Source: Gemmatimonadales bacterium (GTDB taxonomy: Bacteria > Gemmatimonadota > Gemmatimonadetes > Gemmatimonadales > GWC2-71-9). Taken from it: a stretch of DNA of 64,000 nucleotides. Position numbers and translations under genes: made by a program. Under the pieces are notes generated by a model. That model worked only from the letters and a program-made list of their open reading frames with translations. It was not told the DNA's origin and did not search any database. Every line of letters starts with the position of its first letter. Position 1 is the first letter of the stretch. Positions 45,480 through 55,114 of the stretch are shown piece after piece. The stretch covers positions 105 to 64,104 of the forward strand of contig JAWOLH010000017.1 in NCBI GenBank assembly GCA_033853695.1, given 5' to 3'.

Positions 45480-46666
45480 GGCGAGGGGAGCATGTCGGAG
45501 AGATCGTCCGTGAAACCGGGCGGCCGGTCAGCCTCCCCCTCCGCCTCCGCGGGCTCCCGGGCCGGCTCAACATCGATGGATCGCAGCTGGCTCTGCGTGA
45601 GCCGCCGCAGCGTGCGCATTTGCAGCTCGAAATCCGTGGGATTCGACGCGGCGGCGAGGGCGGTCTCGTAGGTGACCGTCCCGTCGGCGACGAGATCCAT
45701 CAGGTGCTGGTCGAACGTCTGCATGCCGTACTGCTCGCGCGATTCCCTGATGTAATCGTGCAGTTCGCCGGTATGTTCGGCATCGCGGATCATGTCGCGC
45801 GCCCGCCCGGTGCAGATCAGGATTTCGAGCGCCGCGGCGCGGCCCTTCCCGTCGGCCCGCGGCAGGAGGCGCTGCGAGACCACGGCCTGCAACGCCTCCG
45901 AGAGCCGCAACCGCGCGACGCCTTGCTCCTCGGCGGGGAACATCGCCACGATGCGATTCACGGTGCTGACGGCATCCGGCGTGTGCAGCGTCGAGATCAG
46001 CAGGTGGCCCGTTTCGGCGGCCTTCAGGGCCGTGTCGATCGTCTCGCTGTCGCGCATCTCGCCGATCATGACGACGTCCGGATCCTGGCGCAGCGCCGAG
46101 CGCAGCCCCATGCGGAAATCATCGGTGTCGGTGCCGATCTCCCGTTGCGTGATCGAGCAGTTGACGTCGCGGTGCAGGAATTCGATCGGGTTCTCGAGGG
46201 TGAGCACGTGCTTGTGCTGCGTCTGATTGATGTGGTTGACCATCGCGGCCATGGTGGACGTCTTGCCCGATCCCGTGACGCCGGTGACCAGAATCATGCC
46301 CCGCTCGGCGCTGGCGACCTGGGCCAGCACCGGCGGAAGCTTGAGCGACTCGAAGCTCGGGACGTCGAAGGGAATCACCCGCATGACGATCATGAACGAG
46401 GAGCGCTGCCGCAGGATGCTCACCCGGAACCGCCCGATCCCCGGCATGCCCCAGGAGCAGTCGTAGTCGCGGATCTTGTCGATGCGGGCGCGGTCTTCTT
46501 CGGAGGGAATGAGCTGCTTCGCGATCACCTTCGTTTGCTCGGGGGTAAGCCGCTGCTTCGTCAGCGGCACGAGCCGCCCGTTGATGCGGGCGCGGAAGAC
46601 ATCACCCGCCTTGATGTGGAGGTCGGACGCCCCGCGGTCGACGGCGGCCTTGATGATTCTTTCCAT
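45476..46666 (-). CDS. pilT: PilT-family type IV pilus retraction ATPase with acidic/Pro-rich C-terminal tail
   Basis: ASDLHIKAG, Walker A GVTGSGKTST, Walker B VVMIGEMRD, His box TGHLLISTLHT. About 45 extra C-terminal residues (EPAREPAEAEGEADRPPGFTDDLSDMLPSP). Confidence 0.85.
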   Translation of the reverse strand: MERIIKAAVDRGASDLHIKAGDVFRARINGRLVPLTKQRLTPEQTKVIAKQLIPSEEDRARIDKIRDYDCSWGMPGIGRFRVSILRQRSSFMIVMRVIPFDVPSFESLKLPPVLAQVASAERGMILVTGVTGSGKTSTMAAMVNHINQTQHKHVLTLENPIEFLHRDVNCSITQREIGTDTDDFRMGLRSALRQDPDVVMIGEMRDSETIDTALKAAETGHLLISTLHTPDAVSTVNRIVAMFPAEEQGVARLRLSEALQAVVSQRLLPRADGKGRAAALEILICTGRARDMIRDAEHTGELHDYIRESREQYGMQTFDQHLMDLVADGTVTYETALAAASNPTDFELQMRTLRRLTQSQLRSIDVEPAREPAEAEGEADRPPGFTDDLSDMLPSP

Positions 46667-47695
46667 TCAGTACCCGGCGTCCAGGTCCACAACGTTGACG
46701 AGCGGCGACCCTGAAAGATAGCGTCCCAGGTTCTCCAGAATGAGGGATGCTTCGCGCTCCCAGAAATGATCGGTGACGGGACTCACGTGCGGGGAGACGA
46801 ACACCCCCGGATGCGTCCACAACGGGTCGTCCGGGGGCAACGGCTCGACGGCGAAGACGTCGAGGGCCGCGCCGCGCAACGCGCCACGGTCGAGCAGCTC
46901 GAGCAGCGCGCCGGTGTCGAGCAGGGCGCCACGGGAGACGTTGATCACGATCGCACCGGACGGCAGTCGCTCCAGCACGGCACGACTGACCGCGCGGTCG
47001 GTGGTGGTAGTCCGTGGCGCGGCAATGATCAGCACGTCGCTCTCCGCGGCGAGCCGTTCCAGGTCCTGTGGCCCGCCGACCCAGGCCATCCCCGGCGGAC
47101 CACCCGCTTCGGGACGGCGTCGCACGCCGGCCACCCGCATGCCGAGTGCCAGCGACCGGCGCGCAACGGCGCGGCCGATCCCCCCGAGCCCGAAGATGCC
47201 CACGCGCAGACGGGCGAGCTCGCGAACACGGACGCTGCGGTCGCCGAACATACCCTGGGCCCAGCGCCGTTCCGCCTGCGCCCGGACCAAGACATCGAAG
47301 GACCGGGCGAAGTGCGCGATCGCGGCGAGCACCCAGTCGGCGATCGGCTCCGCGTGAACACCGGCGGAGTTGGTGAGGATGATGCCGGAGCCGCGCAGCG
47401 TGTCGAGGATCGCGCCGACTCCGGCGGTACAGGTGTGTGCCCAGCGCAGCGAGCCGCGGCCCGCATCGATCACGCCCGGCGGCATGCCGAACCCGAGATA
47501 GATCTCCGCACCGCGCGCCGCCGCGATGGCCTCGGGTGACCCGCCTCCCCCGTCCCCGTCGGACGAGATCGGCGCCGCAATCTCCACCACGTCCCATCCG
47601 GGGCCCACGGCGCTCCGCAGCGCCGCGACCACCTCCGGCGTCACCCGCCAGACGGGACGCTGCGCCCGCAGATCGAGCACCAGGCGGCGGGTCAC
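46667..47695 (-). CDS. D-isomer-specific 2-hydroxyacid dehydrogenase family protein
   Basis: The NAD-binding motif is GIFGLGGIGRAVARR. The catalytic region contains NVSRGALLD and SPHVS. Confidence 0.8.
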   Translation of the reverse strand: MTRRLVLDLRAQRPVWRVTPEVVAALRSAVGPGWDVVEIAAPISSDGDGGGGSPEAIAAARGAEIYLGFGMPPGVIDAGRGSLRWAHTCTAGVGAILDTLRGSGIILTNSAGVHAEPIADWVLAAIAHFARSFDVLVRAQAERRWAQGMFGDRSVRVRELARLRVGIFGLGGIGRAVARRSLALGMRVAGVRRRPEAGGPPGMAWVGGPQDLERLAAESDVLIIAAPRTTTTDRAVSRAVLERLPSGAIVINVSRGALLDTGALLELLDRGALRGAALDVFAVEPLPPDDPLWTHPGVFVSPHVSPVTDHFWEREASLILENLGRYLSGSPLVNVVDLDAGY

Positions 47696-48360
47696 TCTCC
47701 CGTGGAGACGGTGCGGACCAGCGGATGGTGCAGGATCGAAAGCTTCGCCTGATCGTGCAGCCGTTTGGGTCCTTGGAGGTCGAACTCGATCACCAGGTCG
47801 ACATTCTCACGCCGCGACTCGACTCGGGAGACCTGCAGCCCCGAGCGACGGACCAGCGATTCCAGATCCTCGAGCGTGCTCACCTCGGGCTTGGCGTGAA
47901 TCAGGAGATGGCTGTGGGTGGAATGACGGGCGACCAGTTTCTCGAGGTACCCGAGGCCCGCCAGGATGAGCATCACCAGGAGCGTCGTGCCGACCGCCTC
48001 CGTGTAGGCACCGGCGCCGAGCGCCATGCCGATCGCGGCCACCACCCAGATCGTCGCGGCGCTCGTCAGCCCCGAGATCGAGCCCCGCGCGTGCAGGATC
48101 GTCCCCGCCCCGATGAAGCCGACGCCGGGCAGGATCTGCGCCGCCACGCGCGCCGGATCGCCGCGGCTCGCCGACATTTTGACCGAGAGCACCGTGAACA
48201 GGGTGGCACCGACGCAGATGAGGATGTTGGTGCGGAGGCCCGCGGGTTTTCCCGACAGCTCCCGCTCCAGCCCGACCGCCCCGCCCAGCAGCGTGGCGAG
48301 CAGGACCTGCACAAACAGCTCGAGGTGCAGCGTTTCCACCATGTCGGCGAAGGTCGGCAT
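47692..48360 (-). CDS. mgtC: MgtC/SapB-family membrane protein with C-terminal ACT-like domain
   Basis: GGAVGLERE...AGLRT and GVGFIGAG motifs. The start ATG shares 1 nt with the trpS stop. Confidence 0.8.
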   Translation of the reverse strand: MPTFADMVETLHLELFVQVLLATLLGGAVGLERELSGKPAGLRTNILICVGATLFTVLSVKMSASRGDPARVAAQILPGVGFIGAGTILHARGSISGLTSAATIWVVAAIGMALGAGAYTEAVGTTLLVMLILAGLGYLEKLVARHSTHSHLLIHAKPEVSTLEDLESLVRRSGLQVSRVESRRENVDLVIEFDLQGPKRLHDQAKLSILHHPLVRTVSTGE

Positions 48361-49346
48361 CAGTCCTCCCCCGAACCGAGGAAGCCCATGCGGCGGCGCA
48401 CCTCGCGCATCGTGCGCTGCGCGATGGCCCGGGCGCGCTCGGCGCCCGCGCGCAGCGTCGCGCGCACGCCCGCGGGATCGGCCTGCAATGCCGCGGCGCG
48501 CTCGCGGATCGGCGTGAGCTCCGCTATGATATGGTCCGCGAGCACGCGCTTGCAGTCGAGACACCCCCAAGCGGCGGTGCGGCATTTTCGCGCCACTTCC
48601 GCCTGCACCTCGGGTGGCGAGAATCCCTGGTGAATCGTGAAGATGTTGCAGATGTCCGGGTTCCCCGGATCCTTGCGCGTCTTGCGGGCCGGGTCGGTCG
48701 CGGCCGGGCGCAGCTTCTCCCAGATCGCATCGGGTGATTCGAGCAGGCCGATCGTGTTGCCGAGGCTTTTGGACATCTTCGCCCGGCCGTCCAGCCCGAG
48801 GACGCGCTTCGTCGCCGTGAGCTGGGCTTCGGGCTCCGGGAAGAACTCGCCGAAACGATGATTCCAGCGACGCGCGATCTCGCGCATCAGCTCGAGGTGT
48901 TGCAGCTGGTCTTCTCCCACGGGCACCAGCGTGGCGAGATACAGCAGCACGTCGGCGGACTGCAGGACCGGATAGTTGAGCAGCCCGGCGGGCACGCTTT
49001 CGTGTCGCTGTGCCTTATCCTTGTATTGGGTCTGCCGCTCCAGCTCGCCGAGCGGCGTCACTGTGGTGAGGATCCAGCCCAGCTCGGGATGCTCCGCCAC
49101 GTGCGACTGGACGAAGAGAATGGTCTTCGCGGGATCGATGCCGGCGGCCAGGAGCCCGACCGCCATGTCGTGGGTGCGCTGCGCCAGCTCGGCGGGCTCG
49201 TAGGGCTGCGTAATCGCATGCAGATCGACGATGCAGATCAGGCATTCGTGCTCATGCTGCATGCGAACCCAGTTCTTGACGGCGCCGAGGTAGTTGCCGA
49301 TATGCAGCTCACCGGAGGGCTGGATGCCACTGAACACGCGCGCCAT
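48360..49346 (-). CDS. trpS: Tryptophan--tRNA ligase
   Basis: The HIGH-type motif is in SGIQPSGELHIGNYLG. A KMSKS motif is also present. Confidence 0.95.
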   Translation of the reverse strand: MARVFSGIQPSGELHIGNYLGAVKNWVRMQHEHECLICIVDLHAITQPYEPAELAQRTHDMAVGLLAAGIDPAKTILFVQSHVAEHPELGWILTTVTPLGELERQTQYKDKAQRHESVPAGLLNYPVLQSADVLLYLATLVPVGEDQLQHLELMREIARRWNHRFGEFFPEPEAQLTATKRVLGLDGRAKMSKSLGNTIGLLESPDAIWEKLRPAATDPARKTRKDPGNPDICNIFTIHQGFSPPEVQAEVARKCRTAAWGCLDCKRVLADHIIAELTPIRERAAALQADPAGVRATLRAGAERARAIAQRTMREVRRRMGFLGSGED

Positions 49347-49385
49347 GGAGTCACAACCTAAGAGGCCGGGGGGAATGGTCGCAAG

Positions 49386-50174
49386 GTGCGGGCGCTCAAG
49401 GACTTAGTCGACATCGCCGAGCGGGCCGCGGAGCGGGCGGCGAACCTGGTCCGCGCCGCGCGGCCCCCCCTCGCCGACCACTGGACGGAGAAGACGCGGC
49501 ACGACTTCGCGACGCAGGTCGACCGCGAGTCCGAGGAGCTGATCGCCGAGACGCTCACCGGCATGCTCCCTGGCTCAATCGTGGTCGGGGAGGAGCTGTC
49601 GCCCAACGCCGAGTACCGCGGCGAGATCGTCTGGCTCGTCGACCCGCTCGACGGCACCACGAACTTCCTGCACGGCTACCCGCAATACGCCATCTCGATC
49701 GGAGCGTTGGTCGATGGGGTGTTGAGCGTCGGCGTCGTGCACGACGTGACGCGCGATGTCTCCTACCGCGCGGCGCGGGGCCTCGGCGCGTGGTCGGGCG
49801 GAGCCCGGCTCACCATCTCGGGGCTCACCGACCCGAAACGCGCGCTCGTGGGAACCGGGTTCCCCTTCAAGGAGCCGGAGCGGCTGAGCGTGTACCTGCG
49901 GCAGTTCGACGCGGTGTGTCGCGCCACGAGCGGCATTCGGCGGGCGGGCGCCGCGGCGCTCGACCTGGCCGACGTCGCGGCGGGGCGGTTCGACGCGTTC
50001 TGGGAGCTCACCCTCCTGCCGTGGGACATCGCGGCGGGGATCGTACTGGTGCGCGAAGCGGGCGGCGTCGTCACGACCACCGGCGGCGGCGACGACATGC
50101 TGCGCGAGGGCTCGGTGGTGGCGGCGAACCCGGCCCTCCACCGATGGTTGATCGACCTGTTGAAGAACGCGTGA
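49386..50174 (+). CDS. Inositol monophosphatase family protein (SuhB-like)
   Basis: WLVDPLDGTTNF, GFPF and WDIAAG motifs. GTG start. Confidence 0.85.
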   Translation: MRALKDLVDIAERAAERAANLVRAARPPLADHWTEKTRHDFATQVDRESEELIAETLTGMLPGSIVVGEELSPNAEYRGEIVWLVDPLDGTTNFLHGYPQYAISIGALVDGVLSVGVVHDVTRDVSYRAARGLGAWSGGARLTISGLTDPKRALVGTGFPFKEPERLSVYLRQFDAVCRATSGIRRAGAAALDLADVAAGRFDAFWELTLLPWDIAAGIVLVREAGGVVTTTGGGDDMLREGSVVAANPALHRWLIDLLKNA

Positions 50175-50194
50175 TTGCCTGAGAGGAGTTTCGA

Positions 50195-51643
50195 GTGCCA
50201 TCTCCGTTGGTCGAATGCGTCCCGAATTTTTCAGAGGGCCGAGACCCGTCGGTCATCGACGGCCTGCGCGCCGCTCTCACCGGCGTTCCCGGCGTGCGGC
50301 TGCTCGACGTCCAGGCCGATCCCGCACACCATCGGTCGGTGTTCACCCTGGTGGCCCCGCCCGCGGCCGCTGTGGAAGCGGCATTCCGCGCCATCGCGGT
50401 CGCGCGCGAGCGCATCGACCTGACCCGGCACTCGGGTGAGCATCCCCGCATGGGAGCGACTGACGTCGTGCCGTTCATTCCGGTGCGCGACGTCACGATG
50501 GACGATTGCGTCGCCCTCGCGCGCCGGCTCGGCGAGCGAGTCGGGCGGGAGCTCGAGATCCCCGTGTATCTCTACGCGCGCGCGGCCGCCCGCCCTGAGC
50601 GGGAGCGCCTCCCCGACGTCCGGAAGGGAGAGTTCGAAGGCCTGCGCGAGCGCATCGGCACCGATCCGGCAGCCGATCCCGACTTCGGGCCCCGCCGCAT
50701 CCATCCCACGGCGGGCGCCACCGCGATCGGCGCGCGACCGTTCCTCGTCGCCTTCAACATTTACCTCGCTACATCCGACGTCGCCGCCGCCAAAGAGATC
50801 GCCAAGCAGATCCGCACCTCGAGCGGAGGGCTCCCCGCCGTGCAGGCGAGCGGCTTCGACGTCGGGGGCCGGGCGCAAGTGTCGATGAACCTGCTCGACA
50901 TCGACGTCACCTCGCCCGCCACCGTCTTCACCGCGGTCAAAGACCTCGCCGGCGCCCGCGACGTGCGCATCGAGCGCAGCGAGATCGTCGGCCTCATCCC
51001 CGAGCGCGGGATCCTCAGCGCTGGCACGGCATTCCTGCAGCTCCCGGACGCCGCTGACCATCTGCTTGAAGCCAAGATCCGCGCCGCGGAGGGTCCGACA
51101 CTCGACGCGTGGCTGGAAGAGCTCGCCGGTCCCAGCCCCGTGCCGGGCGGCGGCAGCGCCGCCGCGCTGGCGGGCGCCCTCGCCGGGGCGCTCGTGGCAA
51201 TGGTGGCGCGGCTGACGATCGGGAGGAAGGCCTACGCGGCCGTCGAGGAGCGCGCGCGCGCCATCGGCGAAGAGGCCGACGCGCTCCGCGCCGAGCTGCG
51301 GCGACTCGTGGACGACGACGCCGCGGCATACGCGCGCGTCAGCGCCGCCTACCGGATCCCCAAGGACGATCCCGGCCGTGCCGCGGGCATCGACGCCGCA
51401 CTGCTCGGCGCGGCCGTGACGCCGCTCGACGTGGCGCGCCGGTCGGCCAGGCTGCGGGTGCTCGCCCGGGAGATCGGACAGATCGGCAACAAGAATGCCC
51501 GGTCGGATGCGAGGGTCGCTGAGGAGCTGGCGCGATCTGCGGTGGTCGGCGCAGTGGAGAACGTGCGCATCAACGTGGCGTCGCTTTCAGAACCGAAGAC
51601 AGGAGAACGCGTACTGCGAGAGGCGGAGAACCTGCAATACTAG
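50195..51643 (+). CDS. ftcD: Bifunctional glutamate formimidoyltransferase / formimidoyl-THF cyclodeaminase-like protein
   Basis: N-terminal VECVPNFSEGRD formiminotransferase signature. C-terminal helical cyclodeaminase/cyclohydrolase-type domain (PVPGGGSAAALAGALAGAL). Confidence 0.8.
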   Translation: MPSPLVECVPNFSEGRDPSVIDGLRAALTGVPGVRLLDVQADPAHHRSVFTLVAPPAAAVEAAFRAIAVARERIDLTRHSGEHPRMGATDVVPFIPVRDVTMDDCVALARRLGERVGRELEIPVYLYARAAARPERERLPDVRKGEFEGLRERIGTDPAADPDFGPRRIHPTAGATAIGARPFLVAFNIYLATSDVAAAKEIAKQIRTSSGGLPAVQASGFDVGGRAQVSMNLLDIDVTSPATVFTAVKDLAGARDVRIERSEIVGLIPERGILSAGTAFLQLPDAADHLLEAKIRAAEGPTLDAWLEELAGPSPVPGGGSAAALAGALAGALVAMVARLTIGRKAYAAVEERARAIGEEADALRAELRRLVDDDAAAYARVSAAYRIPKDDPGRAAGIDAALLGAAVTPLDVARRSARLRVLAREIGQIGNKNARSDARVAEELARSAVVGAVENVRINVASLSEPKTGERVLREAENLQY

Positions 51644-51648
51644 TGTCT

Positions 51649-52404
51649 CTACTTTGTCAGTATCCGTGCCTGTTCTCCATTCTCTCCAATTGCCACTGTG
51701 TGCTCGAAGTGCGCCGACAGCGATCCATCCACCGTCACGACCGTCCACTTGTCGGACAGGGTCCGGATCTCGGCGCCACCGACGTTCACCATCGGCTCGA
51801 TCGCAATCGTCATGCCGGGAACGAGCCGCGCCCCGCGCTTCGGCTTGCCGAAGTTCGGAACCTGCGGCTCTTCATGGAAGCTCGAACCGATACCGTGGCC
51901 CACCATTTCCCGCACCACCGAGTACCCCGCCGCCTCCGCCACCTGCTGAACCGCGTGCCCGATGTCGCCGACGTGATTGCCTGCTTTCGCCTGAGCGATC
52001 CCGGCGGCCAGCGCGTCCTTCGTCACCTGGAGCAGCCGCTCCGCTTCCGGCGTCACGGTGCCCACGGGGAAGGTCGCCGCCGCGTCGGCGTGCAACCCTT
52101 CCAGCTGCACGCCGACGTCCACGCTGATCAGATCGCCCTCTTTCAGCACCCGCCTGGCGGACGGGATCCCGTGTACCACTTCCGAGTTGATGGACGTGCA
52201 CAGCGTCGCCGGAAAGTCGTACAGCCCCTTGAACGAGGGGCGCGCCCCGGGATGGCTGCGGATGAACTCTTCCGCCTGCCGGTCGAGCTCCTTGGTGGAC
52301 ACGCCGCGACGCGCCGCGCGCTCCATCAGCGCCAGCGTTTCGGCCACGATGTGCCCGGCCGCCGCCATCGTGTCGATCTCGCGAGGGGACTTCAGCGTGA
52401 TCAT
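51649..52404 (-). CDS. map: Methionine aminopeptidase, type I
   Basis: ICTSINSEVVHGIP, DVGV, GHGIG, IEPM metal-ligand motifs. ATGA overlap with adk. Confidence 0.93.
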   Translation of the reverse strand: MITLKSPREIDTMAAAGHIVAETLALMERAARRGVSTKELDRQAEEFIRSHPGARPSFKGLYDFPATLCTSINSEVVHGIPSARRVLKEGDLISVDVGVQLEGLHADAAATFPVGTVTPEAERLLQVTKDALAAGIAQAKAGNHVGDIGHAVQQVAEAAGYSVVREMVGHGIGSSFHEEPQVPNFGKPKRGARLVPGMTIAIEPMVNVGGAEIRTLSDKWTVVTVDGSLSAHFEHTVAIGENGEQARILTK

Positions 52405-52964
52405 CGGCCTAACACCCGCTTGATCTCTTCGGAGATCGCGTCCACTTCGCCGACGCCCGGGATGCGGTGCACGATGCCGCGTTGCGCGTAGTGCGCCACC
52501 AGCGGCGCCGTGTCCTTCTGGTAGACCACTAGCCGCGTGCGAATCGCCTCAGGGGTGTCGTCGGTCCTGCCTTCCTGCAGGGCGCGGCCGTGGAGCCGCC
52601 GCACCAGCTCCTCTTCCGGTACGTCGAGCAGCAGCACGTGCGTCAGGCGCTGGCTGCGCTGGGCCAGCGTCTTGTCGACCAGTTCCGCCTGGGCCGCCGT
52701 GCGGGGGAAGCCGTCGAAGATCGCCCCCTCCTGCGCCTCGGGCTTGGCCAGCTCGGCGCGGATGAGGTCGAGGATGACGTTGTCGGGGACGAGCTTGCCG
52801 GCGTCGTAGTAGCGCTTCGCTTCCTTGCCGAGCGGCGTGTCGTCCTTCATCGCCGCGCGAATGATGTCCCCGGTGGCGATTTTCGGGATTCCGATGCGGC
52901 GTGCGACGACCAGGCCCTGGGTGCCTTTGCCCGAGCCTGGCGCGCCGAGAAGCAGAATGAACAC
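52401..52964 (-). CDS. adk: Adenylate kinase (short lid, no zinc knuckle)
   Basis: LLGAPGSGKGTQ P-loop, ATGDIIR, DGFPRT. Confidence 0.93.
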   Translation of the reverse strand: MFILLLGAPGSGKGTQGLVVARRIGIPKIATGDIIRAAMKDDTPLGKEAKRYYDAGKLVPDNVILDLIRAELAKPEAQEGAIFDGFPRTAAQAELVDKTLAQRSQRLTHVLLLDVPEEELVRRLHGRALQEGRTDDTPEAIRTRLVVYQKDTAPLVAHYAQRGIVHRIPGVGEVDAISEEIKRVLGR

Positions 52965-52976
52965 CGGAGAACTGGC

Positions 52977-54284
52977 CTAGCGTGGCCGGCCGCGGAACTT
53001 GATTCGGCCTTCCTTCATGAAGCCGTCGTAGTGGCGCAGCAGCAGGTGCTGCTGGACCTGCTGCACGGTGTCGAGCGCGACACCGACGACGATGAGCAAC
53101 GCGGTGCCGCCGAAGCCGAACGGCATGTTCAACACGTTGCCGACGACGATGGGCAGCAGCGCCACGACCGTCAGGAAGATCGCCCCGGGGAGGGTGATGC
53201 GGGACAGGACCTCGTCGATGTAGTCCGCGGTGGCCGCCCCGGGTTTCACCCCCGGGATGAATCCGCCCTGCTTCTTGAGCGTCTCCGCCACGTCGACCGG
53301 ATTGAAGATGATCGACGTATAGAAGTACGCGAAGAAGATGATCAACAGAAAGAGCGCCCCGAGATATACCGGGGACGTGACGGAGAAGTATCCGGCGAAC
53401 TGCTTGAGCCAGGGGATATTGCTGAACTGCGCCAGTGTCCCGGGCACGATGATGAGCGACTGCGCGAAGATGATCGGCATCACGCCGGACGCATTGATCT
53501 TGAGTGGGATGTACGTCTTGCGCCCTTCGGCGATTCGGCCGCGCCCCATCACCTTGCGCGGAATTTGAATCGGGATGCGGCGCGTCGCTACCGTCACCGC
53601 AACCGTTCCCGCGACCACGAACACCATCATCAGCAGGATGAACCCCAGCACGCCGATACGCAGCGAGCCGGCGGAGATCGCCTCGAAGGTGCGAATCGTT
53701 TCGGGCCAGATCCGCTCCACGATCGAGAAGAAGATCATGAGGCTCTGCCCGTTCCCCAAGCCGCGCTCGGTAATCTGCTCCGCCAGCCACATGACGAAGA
53801 CGCCGCCCGTGGTGAGGGTCAGCACCGTCGTCAACCGGAAGCCGAACCCCGGTTGGGCGACCGAGCCGGGGATCTGGGTCTCGACGAAGAGCGCGTAGCC
53901 GTACGCCTGGAACAGACAGAGTACGACGGTGAGGTAGCGGGTCCACTGCGTCAGTGTTTTCCGGCCTTCCTCGTCGCGCTGCATCTTTTCGATGATCGGA
54001 AACACCGGACCCGCGAGCTGGAACACGATGCTCGCGGAGATGTAGGGCATGATCCCGAGCGCGAACACGCTCGCCCGTCCCAGCGCGCCACCGGAAAAGA
54101 GATCGTACAGGCCGAACAGGGTCCCGCGGGACTGATTGGCGTAATCCGCCAGCGCCTGCAGGTTCACGCCGGGCGTCGCGATATGCGCCCCGATGCGGTA
54201 CACCAGGAGACAAAGGAGCGTGAAGAGAATCTTCTCCTTCAGCTCCGGGACCTTGAACAGATTGGGAATCTTCGGGGCCGTCAC
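52977..54284 (-). CDS. secY: Preprotein translocase subunit SecY
   Basis: Ten-TM protein with GIMPYISASI and LNMPFGFGGT-type motifs, in the canonical position after rplO. Confidence 0.95.
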   Translation of the reverse strand: MTAPKIPNLFKVPELKEKILFTLLCLLVYRIGAHIATPGVNLQALADYANQSRGTLFGLYDLFSGGALGRASVFALGIMPYISASIVFQLAGPVFPIIEKMQRDEEGRKTLTQWTRYLTVVLCLFQAYGYALFVETQIPGSVAQPGFGFRLTTVLTLTTGGVFVMWLAEQITERGLGNGQSLMIFFSIVERIWPETIRTFEAISAGSLRIGVLGFILLMMVFVVAGTVAVTVATRRIPIQIPRKVMGRGRIAEGRKTYIPLKINASGVMPIIFAQSLIIVPGTLAQFSNIPWLKQFAGYFSVTSPVYLGALFLLIIFFAYFYTSIIFNPVDVAETLKKQGGFIPGVKPGAATADYIDEVLSRITLPGAIFLTVVALLPIVVGNVLNMPFGFGGTALLIVVGVALDTVQQVQQHLLLRHYDGFMKEGRIKFRGRPR

Positions 54285-54850
54285 GCGCCGGCTCCCTCGA
54301 TGACGCCCCCCGCCGCCTCGATCTTCTGGCGCGCCGATCCCGACACGCCGACACCCTTGACCACGAAGCGGCGTTGCACGTCACCCATGCCGAGCAGCTT
54401 GATCGGCGTATCGGGGCGTCGGACCAGCCCTGCGCCGAACAGCGTTTCTGGCGTCACTTCGGCGCCCTCGGCGAGCAGCCCGAGATGACGCACGTTCACG
54501 ACCTGGGCGTCCTGCTTGAACGGGTTGGTGAAGCCGCGTTTCGGGATGCGGCGGATCAGCGGCATCTGCCCGCCCTCGAAGCCGGGTCGCCGGCCGCCGC
54601 CCGAGCGGGCCTTTTCACCCTTCTGGCCGCGTCCCGACGTCTTCCCGATGCCCGACCCTGGACCGCGCCCGACGCGCAGCCGCGGCCGCGTCGACCCCTC
54701 GGGAGGCCGCAGCAGGCCGAGCGTCAGCTGGACCGGCGCCTCCGCCTGGGCCTCGGGCTTCGCCTTCGGCCGTGCCTGCGCCCGCGGCTTCCCCTGCGAC
54801 TTTGCCTTCGGCTTGGCTTTCGTCTTCGCCTTCGCTTTCGCCTTGGCCAT
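54281..54850 (-). CDS. rplO: 50S ribosomal protein L15 with about 40-aa K/A/P-rich N-terminal extension
   Basis: Core GRGPGSGIGKTSGRGQKG...FEGGQMPL. Extension MAKAKAKAKTKAKPKAKSQGKPRAQARPKAKPE. The start follows 3 nt after the rpmD stop. Confidence 0.9.
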   Translation of the reverse strand: MAKAKAKAKTKAKPKAKSQGKPRAQARPKAKPEAQAEAPVQLTLGLLRPPEGSTRPRLRVGRGPGSGIGKTSGRGQKGEKARSGGGRRPGFEGGQMPLIRRIPKRGFTNPFKQDAQVVNVRHLGLLAEGAEVTPETLFGAGLVRRPDTPIKLLGMGDVQRRFVVKGVGVSGSARQKIEAAGGVIEGAGA

Positions 54851-54853
54851 CGC

Positions 54854-55114
54854 CTACCCCTTCACCGGCGTCACCCGTACGAGGTGGCGCACCTGGTACA
54901 GCATCCCGCGCAAGGCGGGGTGATCGTTGTGCACCACCACATCCTGGTGGTGCTTCAAGCCGAGCGCTTCCAGGGTGCGCCGCACCCGGGCCGGCTTCCC
55001 CGAACCCGAGCGCGTCTGGCGCACCTCGAGCTTGCCCTTGCCCGCCGGCGGCAGCACCGGGTCGGTGCCGCGCACGCGCTTGCGGTATTTCCGGGTCGGA
55101 GGAAGCCTACCCAT
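54854..55114 (-). CDS. rpmD: 50S ribosomal protein L30 with N-terminal extension
   Basis: Core [26 protein letters not shown]. Operon position between rpsE and rplO. Confidence 0.85.
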   Translation of the reverse strand: MGRLPPTRKYRKRVRGTDPVLPPAGKGKLEVRQTRSGSGKPARVRRTLEALGLKHHQDVVVHNDHPALRGMLYQVRHLVRVTPVKG

